Origin: Phoronis australis
Taxonomy: Eukaryota > Animalia > Phoronida
Reading direction: 5' to 3'
Length of the DNA: 54,963 nucleotides
Assembly: GCA_002633005.1 (NCBI GenBank)
Contig: NMRA01000443.1
Coordinates: 1-54,963, forward strand
Position 1 is the first letter of the stretch, and the number at the start of each line of letters is the position of its first letter. Shown in pieces: positions 12,101 to 23,131 of this stretch. The translations under genes were made by a program, and so were the position numbers. The notes under the pieces were generated by a model that ran no database searches, had not been told where the DNA came from, and saw only the letters and a program-made list of their open reading frames with translations.

Positions 12101-15100
12101 TTTTATTAGTCCTTCGGTTGCTTTTGTCGGTAAAAGGTCCACATCGTCTGAAATTCGAGCCCACCCCCATATTAAAGGCTGGGTGCGCGCATGGGTTGCG
12201 TTATATCATTGGGGATTACATGTCCTGTAAGCGTTCGTTTGGATCAGATAGACTTGGTTGTTTAAGTTAGTTGTATTTTCTTAAAGGCTGAGACCACAGT
12301 GGCTGTGAGCTAGCAACGTAATGTTTGTTATGGTGTGGAGAGTAGTATTTATGAGGCCACGATCAAGGAGTGCAATGGCAAAAAATATATCAAAAAATCG
12401 AAACCGATAATGAGCCTGTCAATTTTGAAAGTGACACGCGTGTGCATTACACACACATCGGAGCATTCATTTACTTAAAAATATTTTTTAATTTATTCCT
12501 GAAATTTGAAAAGGGCAAACTAGCAGCGACATTTTTGTGATGTTGCTCTGCTAGGAAAATCGTTTTTTCGTTAAAGACTTCAAGCCGACAGGTGTCGCTA
12601 TTCGTGAAGGAGCCGACCAATAGAGCCTTTGTCAATATGAATTCTAATTTTAGCGGAAAAAAAAGTACATTGCATGACTGGCGTGCTTTTGAAACGACAG
12701 GCACAACTCAGTTAATACACAACATTGCCTCCCCCCTGTCCATATATGACTGTAACCTGATTTGGCATTCGGGATTCCGATCTCCTTATGGGCATCAATA
12801 TCGGGCGTTTGTAGCCTTATTATTTGTTCACCGTGCCAGACCGAGAGATAATAAAACTACTGTACTCACAAACACGTTTCCCTTTGTTAAAACTTGCACA
12901 GTGACAAAGATGTCCGTACTGCTATCATTAGCATTTTCCTGGAATCAGAAAATATCATTATGATCAACAGCCTATGGCATATTTCTGTGTTGAAGCTAGT
13001 AGTCGTAAGAAACAAGGCGGGGCTGTTGTGGCACGTATTGTAGCACTCGACACATATTGTTGTCGGCTTTCATGGAATATATTGTCGCACCCAGAGGGCG
13101 CATATTGTCGCACTCTAAAAGCGTTCATCTTTAGCTGCGTACGCGTAGGCGAAGCGATACTGCTTGTTGGAGTAGTAAAAGGATGGGCAAATACAAACTT
13201 TGACGAAGGACTTAGCCCTTAGATGAGGCGAATGTTTCAGATAGTCTGAATGAGAATCGTGATCCTTAAATTGAAAATGTTTTCAATGTGACGAGACTGG
13301 CGTTAGTCGTCAGCGCGGGAATCAATATGTGTCGAGTGCGGCAATATATGTCACAGCAGGCTGTCGCTCTCTTCTGCTCATAAAAGTGAAGACGGCGACA
13401 AACGACCAGTATGGATACCCTAATTTCGACCGCAAAAGTTTTTGATGACGAAGCGGGACTGTGGGGGTACATCGATAACTAATAGATGTTTTCTAACACT
13501 GCTCCTGTTCACAGCATTATATTCCCACTTTGTTTTTCAAAGTAAATGTTTACGTGGTCAGTCACGTATGATAATTAGTCTTCACCGATGGTGCAAGAAA
13601 AGTTGGTTAAAAGCATTAGTTTTACCTGTCCTTGTTCATTCGACGATGTGCGTTCAATTGCTGTTGTTCGTCGAGTCTTCACTCCGACATCTATGAATAA
13701 ATCCACGTTGTATTTGAGTACGCTATTTTTAACACTTGGGCAATGCGTGAAGCGATCGGATTTGCATAGAAGACTGACTTACAATTCAAGATATCGCCGC
13801 ACCACACGCTCAGGCGTTGCCAGAGGTGTTCATTCGGTGGGCGACAAGTGTGCACAAAAAACAGCAAGTATTGAAAACTAGGTAACCGAAATAATCCAGA
13901 ACATAAAGAAGTCGAGCAGTTACAGTGAACAAGAGTCTATTAATTGGGAAAAGACTGTGTGATCCGCATATGAAGGCTGGGATTCAAAAAGACGCATATA
14001 ACATAAGAAAAAAGCAACTTAATGCATTAAAATGTTTAAGCTATGTATGATGTGAACGTAAACTCACTTGAAGACGCCGAATCACCATCTTCTTTTCTTT
14101 CTGGTAATGTTACCAAAAAGGGACCCTGCAAATCAAGAGGCACACAGTTCGGTGTTGTCATGTCAACAGGACGTGCAGAAATGTAATCATCGACATGGTT
14201 TAACAAAAAGAATGGAGATTGGTTTGTATGCGATAACTTTGGAATAGGTTTTGCACAAGATATCATTATATTAAGTTGTCCAGTGTCGGATTATTGTTGA
14301 ATTTAACGGTAGTTCACATTTGTTTTCAAAGCATTTTTGCAGTTTCTTAAAGAATCCAGTATATGACACCTTGGTATGAATCATTCCGTCAAATCGCCGC
14401 CTGGCGCTATGGTGCTCCGTTGACGGATCTCCATGGCTTTCCCATTTGCTTGGAATTGTTGATGGCACTAAGCTAGTTCGTCGAACCTGAAATTACGGAA
14501 AATATACAACTGAGGACTATAAATTATTATACATCCAGATCCTTGTACTGTATATAGTCAAACCATGGAAAGTTAACGTTGAGGGGGGCGCCACTGTTCC
14601 CATCTACGGAATAAGGTGGAATGGCTGTTTCGGGTAGTCCCGCATTTTCCGTGTACCTACCGGAGCACCCTCTGTTGGTGAGCAATCTCAACGCTCTCTG
14701 CCAGGTTTTGGAAAATTAATGTTAGATTCAACATTTCAAAAACCTGAGTGAATGTTGTGATTGCTCACCAACAGAGGTTGTGCCGGTAAAGGTACACGAA
14801 CGCGGGAAGATCTGGGACAGTCATTCCATCTTAGTTATCCGTAGAAGGTGACAGCTGTGTTCCCCGTATAACCTTAAGTTTTACCAAATACATACACTTA
14901 GGTAAGTCCAGTAGAAGTACTCATATGTTGACAACAGACAAGAACTATAGGACTTTAGTTACATTGTACCCTGCCAGCTAGCTTCATACAGAGTAACCGT
15001 AGTGAAAAGCTGTATACAAACTATGCTTCAAATTATCGGAACTTGTTTCATTTCGTTATAAGTTTTTAGTACTCTTATGCCAGCAAACCGAATTTCAAAA

Positions 15101-18100
15101 CAAACTTTGCTGCTGCGAAGCTGCCATCAATCTCCCGAGAGATGTCGCAAAAATTAGGAAATGGCCTTTCACGAGCGTACTGTTTTCAAAACGACGTCAG
15201 TCATACGACCAATTGCTCTCCACTTTGAAAGACACAGAGGAAAATTTGAGGCTACGAAAATACCCGAGGTGTTCCGGATGGAGCAGGCGATGTCGCAATA
15301 GGTGGGCCCGAAGATGAATTGTACATTAGATAAACTACAAAGATAGCCATTGACACACCACTGTAAATGAGAGATAAGCATACCGAGTTATTGTTATGCA
15401 TGTTATTTTTTAAATTCACATATTCGTCTGTTGTTGCAATGTTGATCGGTGGCAACGTATTGTGTCGGATGCGGTAATTATCTCCCTCATTCAGTTTGGA
15501 AAGATGGCGGTCCAGTCGTTTCTGCAATTCTTTTTCGTGCGTGGTGGGATCTGGTTTCCCGGGGACGGAGCCTGGCAAATTAGAAAAATAAAAAAGAAGA
15601 ACGTTCTGTGGCGTAAAATCGCACATAAGATTTCATGAGATATATTGACGGAGCACGTGATCACACAATCTTTCTTCGCGAGATTCTTGCATCTACGGAA
15701 CTCATTGCAGATTTTAGCGAGGTATATTCAGGTGAGAGGCCGGAAATAGCGTAAGGGGTTCTGGGTTCCGTTCCAAGACAATTGACTTAACAAAGACAAA
15801 TCTTAAATTTAAGTCAATTTTAAGATAAAACTTCAATTTGTCTTAAGTCCGTTACAAGAAAGTGATCTTATTAATTTTGACATAACTTTTTGACTTAGGT
15901 TTTGTCTTAAGTTCGACTAACTTAGGATGCGGAAGTTCCAAATCTTAGAATTACAGTAATTTAAAGATGAAATTAAGTCAGTTTTTTTAACAGGCCCAGG
16001 TATGCATCTGGGTCTTAAAGCATGTGTCCCATTGTTAAAAGTAAAATGCCTCCCCACTCATTTCACCTGACACAAGATGGCGCTGGGAGAAGATCTCAGC
16101 CCAAATCAGCTGGCATTAGTTGACTTGTCTTTCTAACAAATACGGGTAACTAAAACAATTTTTTTAAGAAAATAACACAATCCAAAACCATCTAAGCTAT
16201 TTTCTTTGGACTGTTGTCATTTAAAGTAACCATTCTGTTTAAAACTAAATAAAATACTGATAATCGCATTTAATGACGAGAGTACATGAAAAATTTCAAG
16301 ACGAAAAAAGGTAAGACAGGAGGTTCATCACCAGCTGAAACATCTAAAAATGAAAAACGGCGCTGGCATGCTGTTTCTGGGGGATGTGGCGCTTGTGGTC
16401 AAAATTCAAAATATTTGGTAGCCACTTCAAACTTTAAAACTGTTCAAATTCAATTTCACTGCAGGACATAACGAACTTTTTATCATCTACTTACCGAGAA
16501 GTTTCGGCTTTTTGTGAATTCCAGGTATCACATTGTGTAGTCTTTTCAGAACGCTGACGCTACCCTGAAATGAACCCGATGCAATCAAATGTTTTTCATC
16601 GTTTGTCAACGAATGTGTTCTCAAAGATATTTGGTGTAAAAGTCGATGTAGGGAAATCCATGTGAGGTGGGGTCTCACAGGGATTTATTGGCAATATACA
16701 GTAAAAATAAACAACTTGTAAATAAAACATCCACAGCGAGTTATAAAAATAAAGTTTCACTTCACTTCCTCATTTAATTAATTGTAACTGAAAAGTTTCC
16801 AAAGTTTAGTTAGACAAAGAGATAAGATGTCGCACAAAACAAACCTGGAGGCCACTCCTATAGGGTTGAGCGTAAAATTAGGGCAAACGGAAAGTGGGTG
16901 GGGACCTGGAAGGAGCTTGGGAGAGTTGGATAATTTCACAAGTTGAGATTTGCAGGGAAAAACTAGTGATGGTCTTGGAAAGTAAGTACTGGGCATCGTT
17001 GATGGCCATCACTGCGGTGTGGGCACAAATTTGCCAGTTGTGATCCAAAATCAAACTAATGGCTTTGCCCCTGGCCATGAAGGTTCACTTACCGACTTGA
17101 CTATGTAAAGCCATTCCGACTGTCTGCTGTCACTTACGAGAACCGAGGATCGTCTGAAAGGTTGCGACATTTGTTTCAAAGTGTCTTTTTGGTTGAGTGA
17201 AATAAAGGGTTATATTAACATGCTCTTACGCTAACGTTTGTATTTAATGGAAACAAGATAGACTAATCGTTGGTGTTTAAGAGAAACTTGATGCACGAAT
17301 ACTTGACATAAATGCCAACTGCTTTCATAAAGTGAATATAATATTCCTATTTAAAGAAATAGAAGTGGATGTTTTTTCACAACTCTATAAGCTAACAACA
17401 TCGATGAAATATAAAGAGGGTATTCCACTTAACAGCGAAAATAAACCGAACTTACTTGAAAAATGAAAACATGGCTTTGCTTGGATTGCTGGAGAGAATT
17501 TCAATTGGCCAGGTCTCCAGAAACTTGACATTTCTGAAAAACAAGACAAATCAATAACACCTTAAATACACGTGAAATATGGGAACGAGGAAATGCTGTA
17601 TAGATTGCAGGACTGGCGTAATACAAATACTGAAAGCCATAACTGAAGACATCTGACTTTGTTTTGCATGGCATGAAATGAAATATTTCATCATCACTAG
17701 AACCACTTTTAAAATTTGATGTTCAAGTCTGTTGAACTAATGAGTTCAAAATTTACTTACTTAAGGAACGAGTCAGTCGGGTCTTGCAAGCCACCAGACA
17801 TGAAAATGTGTACATAATCCTGAAAATGCAATAGTTCGCGTTACATTGTGTGGTAGGGTTTAATTTGCTCACTCAGGCCTAATTGTAACTTTCGTTTAAA
17901 TTTAAGATTATTTTTTTATTTTTGTTAGAACATGGCATTTTTCGTGCAGGTGAGTACGCCAAACACGTTCGCGCTATACCTAGCTTCCAGCCGTGACGCT
18001 GATGTCACCGGGGTTACTCAGTTGATCATACACGGCAGTCCTTCCGTATCTGAAAAGATGGCTTCGTTTCATGCAAAAGAAAACATCTCAAAGTAACACG

Positions 18101-20848
18101 TTTACGTTGTTCACCAAATACTCACTTTGCTGGACAAAACAAGCAACTCTAGTCGGTCCTTAGAGATCACAGTGGTAATACGTCTTATTTTACTGACAAT
18201 GGCACTCTCGCCGAAACTATCCCCCCGGGTGAGTATTGTTAGCGTCTTCCGTACATTTCTGTCTCTGTCCATGGCACTTACTATAGCTATAAATAATCAA
18301 TTTTGAAATATAAGTATATTAGCGGCTACTTTTTATTTAAAAAATTTCAAGCATATAATGTAGTAGGTACAGTTTGTGTAGCATGATTTTTGTCTTTTTG
18401 GCGCTGTTCAGATACAGTGTAGAAGGCATGGTATTGTCAAATTGTAGGTGTAGTCAGTCTGCGGACACAGACGCAATCAATGCGCACAATAAATTAAAAA
18501 TTCGGAGGCGTGTCTCCAGTTTTGGGGTTTGTTTAGTCTGGTTTTTTAGTGCTTGTTAAAGTGCTGCGAATGAGAAGAGTCCATTTACTTGAATGTAGAT
18601 TCACCCTTTTTAAAATGACGGCCCCTTATAGCATTTGACCGGTGCCTAGTGCCGTCGTATGAATCTACAACGATTTCAGGTAGTCCACAAACTGTTCAAC
18701 ATTGCAAATATCAGATAGGTTGTCATAGGAATCTGAAAGGAATTTCAACAAAATTTGTTGCCCGATTACGTTGACCACTGGCAGGAAAGTGGTGTGGTTT
18801 TTTTTTTGCTAAATGCTGTTTTAACAACATTTAGCCAAAACACAAACTGTACATCTCGATCTGGACATGGTTTGGGAGTCTAGGTTGCTTTTCAGAGTTG
18901 TGACTAAAACGAGTTGAAGATCCAAGTTCCTGTTGTCATCACTAAGGATTTCAAGGGACATAAAGCTCAGCTTTTCATTTAGTACATACAGTTTTCTACA
19001 GACTGCAAAAAGGTGCGAGTTTAATGTCATGTACAATTCGAGCCAGCAAATCTCACCGACAACGAGAGGCTGCAGTGCCCCCGTCAGGTCAGATTGGAGT
19101 TTCAGTGCTGCGTTCCGTTTTACTTTTTGAACGCTTAGCAACCCCGTTACAAACACGACGTTCTCCGGGCGCATAGGCATAGTTCCGAATACTGTTTAAA
19201 ACTAGAGTTGGGATTTTAGTATTTACCGGAGCCCGAGAGAATGAAGTAATAGCCCATAGGTACGTGCCCTTCTCTCGTGATCACTCTCTTGGAATTGTAG
19301 CATTCGTACCATGCCTTTGATGCGATTTTGTTCTGGATATGAATAGGATACTCAGCAAGCGATTTGTAGCTTCCTAGAGCAACTCGTACCTAAAACGAAA
19401 CAGCACAGCAAATGCTCAATCTTAAAATTTTGTAAAATAGAAAGTTTATATCAGAATGATCACTTCTATCCAGCGTTCGAGATACACGCTGGCCCGGTGG
19501 CTAGTGGGTTTGCCGTCGTGTTATGTCATACATCCCATGAGCAGCATTACGCCTTTTTCACATGAGATTTGGACAATTATATACAATCAGCTGCTTGCCA
19601 ACCTCAGCCTCTCTGCATTTACTATATGCAATTAAAACATATTGGTAAATTGCTGATTGTATACAATTGTCCAATTCTAACGTGAAAAGGCCGGCGTAAT
19701 GTCGCTCATGGGATGTATGACATAACACTTGGCTGTAAACAGTAATTCCACAGATATCGGGTCCTCAGTATCTCAGTGGTAAGAGCACTAGATCGGCATT
19801 CTAGAGACCTGCGTTTCGATTTCTAGTTGGGGTTCCTGATTTCTCTGTGTTTATAATAGACATTTCACTATTGGCCAACTTCAGCGTTTGTGTATTTACT
19901 ACATTTATTTGGTGAATGTCGAACACTGCTTCTATTTGATATATCCTTTGCCGGTACGAAACGTTCTTACCAGATCGAAAAAATAGAAACAAATGCAAAG
20001 CAATCACCAAATGTATTTCTTTTTCTGTTCTTTGGGACGGTTTCTTCTGAAGTATCCGCTTGGTGGCGCGCGAGAGTCTAGCCTGAGTGTCGGCCCGGAA
20101 GTACCGTTTATCAAATAAAATGGAGTTTCCGGTACCTGAACTGTTGCTTTCTCCGTCTGCCATTATATTCAAGGAGGAGAATGATTGAATAACGTCGTGG
20201 ACCCTGTAAAACAAATTCACCGTGGCTCCGAGTAAATTAAATATTAGAAATGCATCAAGTCGTTAACTCAACTCGAACAACCAAGCCCAGACAGTTGTAG
20301 CCAAGAGTTGTGGAATTGTACTTCGTTTCCATTGAAGAGCCTTTAACTATACAGTAATATCTACACTGTTAGTTTTGGCACACATTTTAGCCGTACAAGT
20401 CATTCAGGGTATGTGACCACGATTTTTCTACTACAAGGGACCTGATGTATTGTTTTCCGGGAAAAAAGGTTCAGTGTTTTCACAGTGCGCCAGTTTTAAC
20501 ATTCTGATCGAGGATTTGTGAAAAGTGATTCTCTGTAGCATAACAAAATAATTTTAATCTCTCATTAGTCTTTCAACAAAATACGACGAAAAAATACCCC
20601 ATAAACTCTCATAATGCATTGCGGTGCTGGACTACACTACTTGTTAGTTTTGGTTGTGGCATCTGCTTAAAGGAATACTAGTCTACATGTGTTTTGTTAT
20701 TTGCACAATACGAAATTGTCGATGACAACTCACCTACATGATCAAATGTGGACAAATCAATAGATTACCTGAGCGCGTGGATTTTCCAAAGTCGGATAAG
20801 CAGAAGAAAGAACCTGGCATATCGTCGAAATTTGGCGAGATACTTTCC
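9162..20848 (-). CDS. CNBD2: Cyclic nucleotide-binding domain-containing protein, CNBD2-like (two cNMP-binding domains); multi-exon, 5' end not fixed
   Basis: Phase-compatible GT-AG exons: 20848-20769 (GKYLAKFRRYARFFLLLIRLWKIHALR); 20203-20008 (FDKRYFRADTQARLSRATKRILQKKPSQRTEKEIHL); 19389-19227 (LAEYPIHIQNKIASKAWYECYNSKRVITREGHVPMGYYFILSGS); 18286-18126 (LTRGDSFGESAIVSKIRRITTVISKDRLELLVL); 17819-17761; 17533-17456 (FLETWPIEIL); 17153-17093 (SEWLYIVKS); 16564-16495 (GSVSVLK); 15571-~15420 (donor ambiguous); 14486-14370; 14125-14068; 13690-13626; less certain 13478-13419 and 13264-13199; 12938-12870 (FVTVQVLTKGNVF); 11016-10882 (SFSLVSNGAECLMINKKFY); 9329-9162 (FPSDEELQLSLSKQVNWNAY...stop). Confidence 0.9.
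11479..11504 (+). repeat. (AAAAC)n microsatellite
   Basis: About five tandem aaaac units. Confidence 0.85.
11920..12193. mobile_element. MITE (274 bp) in a CNBD2-like intron; same family as 30495-30742
   Basis: Perfect 15-bp TIR catgcgcgcacccag / ctgggtgcgcgcatg; flanking duplication ggttg (gggttgc if the termini are set 1 nt inward). Confidence 0.9.
14573..14877. mobile_element. Long hairpin MITE flanked by TTAA, intronic
   Basis: Arms of ~130 bp, e.g. cctctgttggtgagcaatc / gattgctcaccaacagagg and tctacgga / tccgtaga; TTAA at both ends. Confidence 0.8.
15761..15999. mobile_element. PIF/Harbinger-like MITE with internal CTTAAG-type repeats
   Basis: ctgggttccgtt...tgacttaa vs ttaagtca...aacaggcccag form imperfect inverted ends with CWG-type flanks. 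Confidence 0.65.
19518..19728. repeat. Intronic inverted repeat (~85-bp arms), MITE-like
   Basis: gtgttatgtcatacatcccatgagc is the perfect reverse complement of gctcatgggatgtatgacataacac; pairing continues through ggacaatt-tatacaatcagc. Confidence 0.9.
19762..19833 (+). mobile_element. tRNA-like sequence (SINE head or pseudo-tRNA; GGC at the anticodon position)
   Basis: D-arm ctc-agtggtaa-gag, anticodon stem ctaga/tctag with a 7-nt loop, T-loop ttcgatt; T-stem and acceptor stem mismatched. Confidence 0.6.
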
Positions 20849-23092
20849 CTGGAAAACACATTAAGTTAGATCGTGCTAAAAGTGTTACTAGCCATGCACA
20901 TCAAAGACTCACAAAAAGTTCAGTGTCAGTCAATATTTTTTAATTTACATACACAATTTCTTTGAAAATTGACGCCTGATGGGTTGGTTGGGCATTTTTT
21001 CAAGTTTCGTGGAACATGTGAATGTTACGAATAGCATTTGCTTGATTTCTGAGTCTGTTCTGAGCGAAAGGATGCCCCTGAGCTGCTAACCCTTCACCCA
21101 ATTTTTGCTCAGCCGTGGCTTTTCTCAGTTAAACCTTTGCTGCTTGCAAGAAGGCAATTGAAATTTAGCATGAAATTCAGGTATCTTTTCAGACACTTTG
21201 GGTTTTTTTAAACATCTGGTTGGTCAATAGACACTTTTCACCTGATTTCTGTAATCTGGGGAGGGGGGTTTAGAAGTCTAAATGCGTTGTCTCTCAGTTC
21301 GTAGTAATCGCGAGGCTGGGGCTGGAAACTGGTGATTTCATGTATTTGTGGTCTTTGTTTAAGAAGCCGGCTGCACTTCCGGTAGTCGCATAATCGGAAA
21401 ATATTGCCTTTGGAATCAGTTTCAATATATTTTGTGCAAGGTTTCTGACGTTTTTGGCATAGTATACTGTCAATCATTATTTCCAAGCTCTGTTCAACTT
21501 GTGCACTCGACTGTTAGTGCTGCCAAGACTTGGCGCTTGAAGCACAGTCAGCAACAAGCGTCAGCCCCCTTTACTCATCGAGGCGTAGTGTAATTCAATT
21601 GGTCAAGTTCAACTACAGTTACGAGTACAGAGATCAGACCCATGGTTTCACTGTGTGCTATTTTCTTTCAAGGCAGACCCGAACTGTTGCCCTCTAACCT
21701 CAGCACAGTAAAGTCCGTGTTAATATATTCGCGTGCTTGTACAAATTAGATCGAGTACTACTGGAAATATCCCCTAGTTATCTCAGACACCCTTCCCACA
21801 TACCGAGATAGACAAAGAGTGCGATTCGATTATTTACACATCTATGATTCATCTTTGGCAGGTTCCCGCTGAGGTAAAGCCCTCTCATCACGGGTTACTT
21901 GTAATCTCATCACGGGTTATTTTGTGGCAAAAATCCGTGACACCACATGCTTAGAAAATGTTTTACAAGTTGCGTTTTCCAACGATTCATAATGTATGGG
22001 AGTCTATGGAAATCTCACTTGAAGAATCACTGTTGTTTTAGTTATGTCTGTCGCCCCGGCGACAAAACTATGCGTGACCTTAGACTAATTTCCACTGTAC
22101 TGACACTTCGTTTTTTCGCCTCTAGTAGCCCTTGTCTGTGAAATCATGGCACAGCTTTATGACTGTTCGTAGTTTATTACAAACTTAACTGGGCCATTTA
22201 AACATTAGGTAACGCAGCTACAACAGTTCTTCGCATTAATCTGCGAATAGCTTGAATTAATATGGCTTTAGTAGGTACATACTTACAATGAAAAACGCAC
22301 AAACTCAATTACGAAACAATTACCGAGGCTTTCAAATTTTGTTTGTGGTGTAACTTGTTATGGAGAATAGTAGTACTTATAGTGCTGAGGTTGTGAACGC
22401 CGAGACGGCACGGTCCCAAACAATAGCGAATTGGTAAAACGTCAAACAAATCTAGTTCTAGAGGCCTTCTAATTTTTCAACAATAAAAAATCAATGGTTT
22501 TGCATAAATTTGGCTGAATAAACGAACTTGTTCATAAGGTTCGACATGACAAATTAAAAATTGCACTTGGTTGGTTATGGCCGGGGTGAGCCCGTTCAAT
22601 GAGGAATTAAGTCGAACAACTCGTCATATGGTGCATCTTCAAAATTTTTCCGGACTTATTTCCGATTGTGTTCCAGCTGTGTCTAAAATACGATTTGCGA
22701 CCGGAACCAGATGGTATGAAATGATTTGCAGACTAGTGTCAAATCTGTGTCAAGATAATCCGGAAGAACTTGAGATTATATTAAAATTTTGGCCCTTGCG
22801 GCTAAACGCTCGTAAAACATCTTACGACAGGGTCAAATACACGAAACGGTAATGACCGACTGACTAAGGTTTTACGAATGTTACCTGACACAGCAATGCT
22901 ATTATCTGTGTCAAAACAATGTGTTGGTGACCAATGTTTAACACAATATCTAACTTTTGCACGTAATTTTGTTTTCACCTCCAGCATTCGTTACATGTTT
23001 GCCCCCAATCCAGCCTATGCTCGTTTCAATAAAGTGATACGTTTAACAGTATGCATGTCATTGTAGCAAGTATTATGATTACTTTTTGTTAC

Positions 23093-23131
23093 CTTTCTAA
23101 CTGCTCGTGGTGTGACGAATTGCAGTCTTCC
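23093..23131 (-). CDS. Candidate 39-nt upstream exon of the CNBD2-like gene (GRLQFVTPRAVRK)
   Basis: tacag acceptor and AAG|gtaac donor; phase 0/0, compatible with the 20848 exon. Confidence 0.4.

Noticed and set aside
18821-19180. 119-aa intronic ORF as a nested gene
   Set aside because: No recognisable motif, and it is not needed for the host exon chain, which is phase-complete without it.
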